A DNA stretch of 56,779 nucleotides, counting the filler, from Sphacelaria rigidula (taxonomy: Eukaryota): NCBI GenBank assembly GCA_964200075.2. It is 7 parts of 7 records of this genome, joined end to end, with 100 filler letters (N's around TTAATTAATTAA, not from the genome) between each part and the next. Parts side by side here need not be neighbours in the genome. Positions count along the whole stretch, not along the records: positions 48,755 to 56,779 come from CAXNAA020012596.1; 6 more parts are not named here. The stretch is one strand, 5' to 3'. The notes under the pieces are model-generated. The model saw only the letters and a list, made by a program, of their open reading frames with translations, was not told the DNA's origin and did not search any database. Numbering within the stretch: the stretch's first letter is position 1; the number at the start of each line of letters is the position of its first letter. Shown here piece by piece: positions 51,317-56,779 of this stretch. A program made the position numbers and the translations under genes.

Positions 51317-51456
51317 CCATACCCTGGACAATATAATACATTGTCAAAAAGTGTACTGCGTACAGTATAGACTGTTGCGGCTATTGCATGAGACAATAGA
51401 TTCCATACTGTACGCAGTACATTTTTTGACAATTGAATCTCTTGTCTAGGATGTGG
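51317..51456. mobile_element. Short palindromic MITE in a VDL intron
   Basis: CCATACCCTGGACAA...TTGTCTAGGATGTGG with inner arms GTACTGCGTACAGTAT / ATACTGTACGCAGTAC. Confidence 0.65.
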
Positions 51457-51679
51457 GACCGACCACGACAACAACACACGTACCGACGTCTGTAATAGTT
51501 GTGCGCTACCCCATTTCAAAGGGTCAACGAATAGGATCATTTGGGTCGGCACTCGATACCTGAAGGAATCATGTTGCGGCACACGAATTCCTGCTACACA
51601 AATGGAACTATTGGAGTTTATACCCTGACCCACCCGCATGCGGTTCTTCTCAGCGACCGGAGTCTGCGGTACCACGAAC

Positions 51680-51868
51680 CTGTAATCTTTCGGTGATGGT
51701 GTTCTCCCAGAAGTCGGCCGAGTCTGGCTTGGCTAACCGAAAGTTGACTTTGATATCGGCAACTTGACCACTTCCGCCCTCAGCTTCGTCTCCGTCCGCC
51801 ACTCTGGCAACGGAGAAGGTGTTCTTTTGACAGTCGAAGCAGTCGTACTTCTTATTCACCCCCATGAT
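51680..51868 (-). CDS. VDL: VDL exon (IMGVNKKYDCFDCQKNTF...FWENTITERLQ)
   Basis: CAG/GTTCGT boundaries, 189 nt; GxNxxYDCFDCQ corresponds to the VDE GLNPxFDxFDCQ motif. Confidence 0.88.
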
Positions 51869-53151
51869 CTGCTCCGAGAATAGTCCAATAGACATCACAA
51901 TACCAGCAAACCGGGGGGCGTGCAGACGTACGTAAAGCGGAGGCGTTTTTATCGAGGGAGAAAGGGGACCGATCACGGACAGTACACACCCGTTTCTCGT
52001 TCTTCATAGGTATTGCGATAGACTTGTCGCGCACATGCAGGCGTGACTTCATCGATCCCGACACGCCTCTCAAATCTCTCATCATACACCTTCGTCCATG
52101 ACGCGGACGTTAAAGGGAAAAATGTTGCAAATCTTACACGCCCTGGACAATGACAGCAAGTTATGTTATTAAATGGTATACTGCGTGAAATGTGGAATAT
52201 TTCGTCTATTGCAGTAAACGCAACAGGGCGATACTGTACGCAATACATGTGTTGTACAACGCAATCTCTTCGCCAGCATACAGGGTGTGGAACCTCAGTA
52301 TTCATAAAAATTAGTTTACACCAGTTGCAGCGAGAGCAACCGAAGGGTTGACACACCCTTTCGTTTTCACCATCCACAAAAAAGAAAACCTCCTCTCAAC
52401 CCATGGCAAACAGAAAAATCTCGAAAAAGAGGGATGGATACGTATGGGCCAAAACGGGTCATGTGCAAGCTGCGCGAGCGCCGTGACTGTGAGCCAGCCC
52501 TATAAAGATCCGAAAGTTGCGGTCAACACTAAATTCACAGCAAAAATCCAACCATTACTCATATTCGCTCAATTTTTTCACGGGACGACCATGTGTTTAA
52601 GATGGGACAGGACGGGTCGGGCGGGTCCTTCTTCCTTCTCCCACTGCCCAAGAAAACGACGGAACGGAAAGTGCGGTCCCAAAGAAGTGTCAGGAGTGGA
52701 ACGGTACTTCCCTAATTCGCCTGAAGAAATTGACCTGACGGTACGGGACGGACATATGAGCCTCGTCCCGTGAGACTTCATCCCGTACAGTCTCGCTCTC
52801 ACGGGAAATACGAAACCCGTCTCGTAATATTCGGTCCCATCCTTGCTGCAAAACAGTCCATGTCAACACCCCAACCCAACCGCTTTCAGACCGTAACTCC
52901 AAAAGATCTGGATGGCTTTGATTCACAGTCTCACGGAAAACAGCGGGCAAAAGCAGTACATGTTACACCGCAGAAATAACTACTGTACAGATCGAAGCCA
53001 GTATAGCGGCTGGTGGGTTCTGCCTGCTCTACTGTACCAAATACTGCAGTCAACTATGCCCCACAGAGATTTGACGGTAAAAATCCAATCTTGTTTGGGT
53101 GAATGTAACGCAAGGACGGGACTTTCCTCGAAATATGTGACGAAAAGATTA

Positions 53152-53531
53152 CAAGGGTAGGTCGAGTAGTGTATACTCAATACTCAGTATTTTCTAAGAG
53201 TCATGCTTCTAGTACTCAAAGTTTGAGTAGAGTATTTGAGGTCATAATCAAGTGATACTCTATACTCCAGTATTACTGAGAGTTCTTACTCAATATTTGG
53301 GTAGAGGATTTGAGGTCGTACTCGACCTACTCAGAATTCGAGTAGAGTGTTTGAGGCCGTACTAAACGTACTCAAAATATGAGTAGAGTATTTGAGGCCG
53401 TGCTCGACCTGCTCAAAATTCAAGTAGAGTATTTGAGGCCGTGCTCGGCCCACTCAAACGTCGAGTAGAGTAAATACTGGAGATTTTTACTCGAGTATTC
53501 CAAAGTACATACTCTACTCGACCTAGCCTTG
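53152..53531. mobile_element. 380-bp MITE with CAAGG termini, 8-bp TSD (AAAGATTA) and internal 41-bp tandem repeats
   Basis: CAAGGGTAGGTCGAGTAG / CTACTCGACCTAGCCTTG; AAAGATTA at 53144-53151 and 53532-53539; 8-bp TSD fits hAT or P superfamilies. Confidence 0.85.
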
Positions 53532-53880
53532 AAAGATTATATGGACGACACCTGAGAACCGGACCGGGACGGGAAAACTCGAGTGTCGTGGAGGGATGAG
53601 TGAATCTCCTGTCGCTTAAAAAATGACGAGACGGGACAAGGAATCTGAGAAGTTGTCGGGACAGCACGAGGTGGGACGGTGCGCTCGTTCATTGAAAAAA
53701 AAAAAGACAGGACGGGTACTTTCTCCGTTACGAGAGTCATCCAGCCCTGCACGATTGTCCCGTGCAGAACCCTGGGGTCAACTTTACTGCATTGTTGAGG
53801 CCAAAAATCAAATTAGAACCCTCCAAAGCCAAGACTGAAAAGGGTTAACCCCAGACTGTCGCTGGTAGATAATGGCTCAC

Positions 53881-53994
53881 CTTATACCATGTCCCCTGCA
53901 ACATCTTGGGGTCGAAGCCCTTTACTATGTGTGGCGGGTCCTTGTCGATCACGGAGAAGTCCATGTCCTTCGGGATTTTCACACAGCTGTGATC
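53881..53994 (-). CDS. VDL: VDL exon (DHSCVKIPKDMDFSVIDKDPPHIVKGFDPKMLQGTWYK)
   Basis: CAG/GTGAGC boundaries, 114 nt; lipocalin FD...GxWY motif. Confidence 0.88.
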
Positions 53995-56343
53995 CTGGTG
54001 AAATGATTTACACACAAAAATGGAGAATACCGTGGGATGCACGGATCGAACGGCTTGAGACTCGGTGTTTTGTTCCGAGGTAGAGAGGGGAGTGTAGCAC
54101 TCGTCGAAAATAAAAATAAAAAAGAGTAAAAAATGAAAAAAGGCGTACACTGGCATATATGACGAAAAAAAATTCAAAGAGAAGTAAAAAGAGAATTGAT
54201 ACGGAGTCCAGACCAAGCACGACTGTCAGGATGCGCACAGTCGAAAGGAGCGCTACGGTTCATTCTGTCCATGCTCTTCCTATTCAAGTTGAAACGTAGG
54301 AACATGCAGTATTACAATCATCAATAATCCCTCTGGAACGCGTAACATACCAATGCCTGGTCAAGACATACGGAGCAACAACAATGTGTCAAATAAAGCA
54401 ACGATCCTCTCTCCCTCCCCCCCCATTCAAGCTCCGTCTCGAAAGGGACGCGTGGTCAGTGGTCAACCGACTTTTATAAGGCAAGCAACAAATGACTACC
54501 CCCCCCACCCCTCCCACGCGCGCGCCCACGTCTTGCCCTCGTGTCTGCACAATAACGCATACCGCACAAATAATGCCCCCCGTACAGCCAGGGAAATACA
54601 ATCGTGCAGTACACAACAGTACCCCCTTCCCCTACAGATAATTTTCTGACAGTAGTAGGTAGCACCAGACCGAGAACAGGCATTAGCAGCCCCGTCTCCC
54701 TCACGAACAAGCTCGGGTCAGAGGTCGGATCCTTCTGGGAACCAACTCCTCCTACAGTATTCGATTTATCATGGCAGACACCACGCTCATGGAGGAAGTC
54801 CGAAGATCATGACCAAACGGCGAGTTTTATCGGAGATGGGAAGTCGTGTTTGTTTCTCAAAATCGTTCTTCAAGAAACGACACGTGTGTGATTGGTCCGT
54901 GCCCGTACCACCCCATCCCCCTCTCCGCGAAAAAGTGCCCCTATATCGTCTTTGCAAAAAACGATTTTGTTTCGAGCTCGAAGAGGAACATAGATGTCCC
55001 GTTCACAGGGGCACATGTCAACTCGACACAACTCAAAACAATCACATGTGTAGCTCGGGGCCTCCTCGCCCCCCCCCCCTCCCCGTGAACCAAAAACACA
55101 CAGCTCGAGCCGTTGTTGTTTTGTCAGCTGAGCACGGTGTGCGTAAACCTTGCACAAATCTGTTCGGAATGAGACCCGCGCACAGCATACGCACACCAAG
55201 GGTCAGGACCCGCACATCTTCGGTTGTATTTCGACACGCACGCAGCCGCTATTCCTCCGATACAGGACGGATTTCGGTCAAAGGAAGACTGCGATATGCT
55301 GATGAGCACAGGCTAGCGCTGGAGCTAGCGTGGGTGGTGGGTGTATGTCCGTGTTTCTCGGGGCTCGGTGTGTAGGCGTGGTGTTCCCTCGTTGCGTCTT
55401 GTCTGTAGCGGTACATGGACGTTTGGACCAGGGACCACTTCCAGAACCGCCGGATCTTTGAACGTGTGCGCAGATCTGGGCTACGATCCGTACAGGAACT
55501 GATTCTCGGTGAAAGCCTGGCAAAATTGGTCGTTGTGGGGGTCATCATTTTTTTCCAAAACGCAAATTCAGAAAAACAAAAACAATGTCGTCTTCGACAA
55601 GAAGCCGCCCAACCTTAACTGAAAGCGAACCGAGATAGGCCAGGCGAGGGAATACATACTCGGTATTCCGGGCAAACTTGTGCATTGCAGTTCTAAAATC
55701 GGCGCCGAAACCCACCAACCCTGGGATAATCTAAAATCAGGCAAAATCTACCCATGGACATTTGCGGGGGTCGGACAAATAGATTACTTGGCTCAAAAAC
55801 TACTTGCTTTTTGATGTGAGTGATCTGATCGGTGACGAATCGATCCATCCTTGGGCTTTGTTTTCAGTGTTGCACCCCAGCTACGCACGACCAGCACCTC
55901 AGGCACGTGGAATAGCGCCGAAGCTTGGGCAGAGACAAGTTCGACCCGCCGTCAACTTTTTTCCCCTCTTTCGATCGATCATGTCTCAGAAATCGTATCA
56001 TTACATTTGGTGACTCGAACAAGCCATGATTCGTCCGATCCTTCAACATTTGACCAATAACGCGAGCGTGAACTGTACTAACACCACAGTCATCACTGCC
56101 CCCTGTACTGACCTCCAGGGTATGCAAGTAAGCCACGAGTCCAGCTTCGTGCTCCCGTACAGTCAGTGTGGAGAGGTTTCCGACCGGCGGTCGACTTCTT
56201 CCCTCTTTCGGGCAAGCAGGTATCACAAAACGTACATTCGGTGATTCGAACCAGCCACGACTCGTCCTAACCTCGGACACTCGACGCGTCACGCTTGCAT
56301 GAGCTGTACCGACACCATAGCCGTTATGACCATCTGTACTCAC

Positions 56344-56451
56344 CTCCAGGGTGCACGTGAGCCACGAGTCCAGCTTCGTGCTCCCGTACTGTGCAAAGCA
56401 TCGCGTCGCGCATTCCTGCTCACCCTTACATCGTCCCAGACACGTGACCCC
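56344..56451 (-). CDS. VDL: VDL exon, Cys-rich N-terminal domain (GVTCLGRCKGEQECATRCFAQYGSTKLDSWLTCTLE)
   Basis: CAG/GTGAGT boundaries, 108 nt; Cys spacing of the VDE-family N-terminal domain; upstream exons not located. Confidence 0.85.
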
Positions 56452-56779
56452 CTGACGACAAAAACACGAGATAACACGGGTTGCGAGAGATGAAAATTGA
56501 CGCAGGAAAAATAAATGCAAACCGTCATGATCCGTTTCATGCCCACCTTTTAGGGGGGAGGGGGGTGACCTCATTTGTTGCTTGCCTTATAAAAGTCATT
56601 TAATTGTTGACCACGCATCCCTTTCGAGACGGAGCATCATTCCCACTTTTGGTAGAGACACCTCCAACATCCCGGCGCTCATAACGCTTTTTCTTTTGGG
56701 GGGGGGGGAGGGGGGGGGGGAGGATTCATTTGTTGGTTGCCTTCGTGGTTTTACCATTTACCCCCCATCCCTTTCGAGC

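Noticed and set aside
53220..53480. CRISPR-like array
   Set aside because: Units are contiguous degenerate 41-bp tandem repeats with no unique spacers, lie inside a TIR/TSD-bounded MITE, and no cas genes are present
55864..56574. 236-aa ORF as a single-exon protein
   Set aside because: Only 56344-56451 resembles VDL; the rest is intron read-through and the tandem duplication

Overview
Eukaryotic, repeat-rich DNA, most likely from a brown alga (Phaeophyceae). This is inferred from an EsV-1-7 repeat gene, a violaxanthin de-epoxidase-like gene and short GT-AG exons separated by long, TE-filled introns. The window is not one locus. It is seven contigs of 8027, 8026, 8026, 8025, 8025, 8025 and 8025 bp, sorted by length and joined by identical 100-bp N44-TTAATTAATTAA-N44 spacers, so nothing can be inferred across the gaps. 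Contig 1 holds an intronless 567-aa protein with nine EsV-1-7 Cys/His repeats. Contig 2 holds four exons of tubulin-folding cofactor D; its largest intron carries a ~435-bp foldback made of two convergent micro-ORF paralogs and a 1.4-kb TIR element. Contig 3 is mostly SINEs and MITEs. Contig 4 holds a decayed Ty1/Copia element with two nested DNA-transposon insertions. Contig 5 holds four exons of a CNH-domain Vps39/Vam6-like gene. Contig 6 holds a Ty3/Gypsy element with LTRs identical over the comparable part; it lacks gag/PR/RT/RH but keeps a decayed integrase with chromo- and Tudor-like domains plus a long antisense ORF. Contig 7 holds five exons of a VDL gene. All protein calls come from motif recognition by eye; no searches were run.
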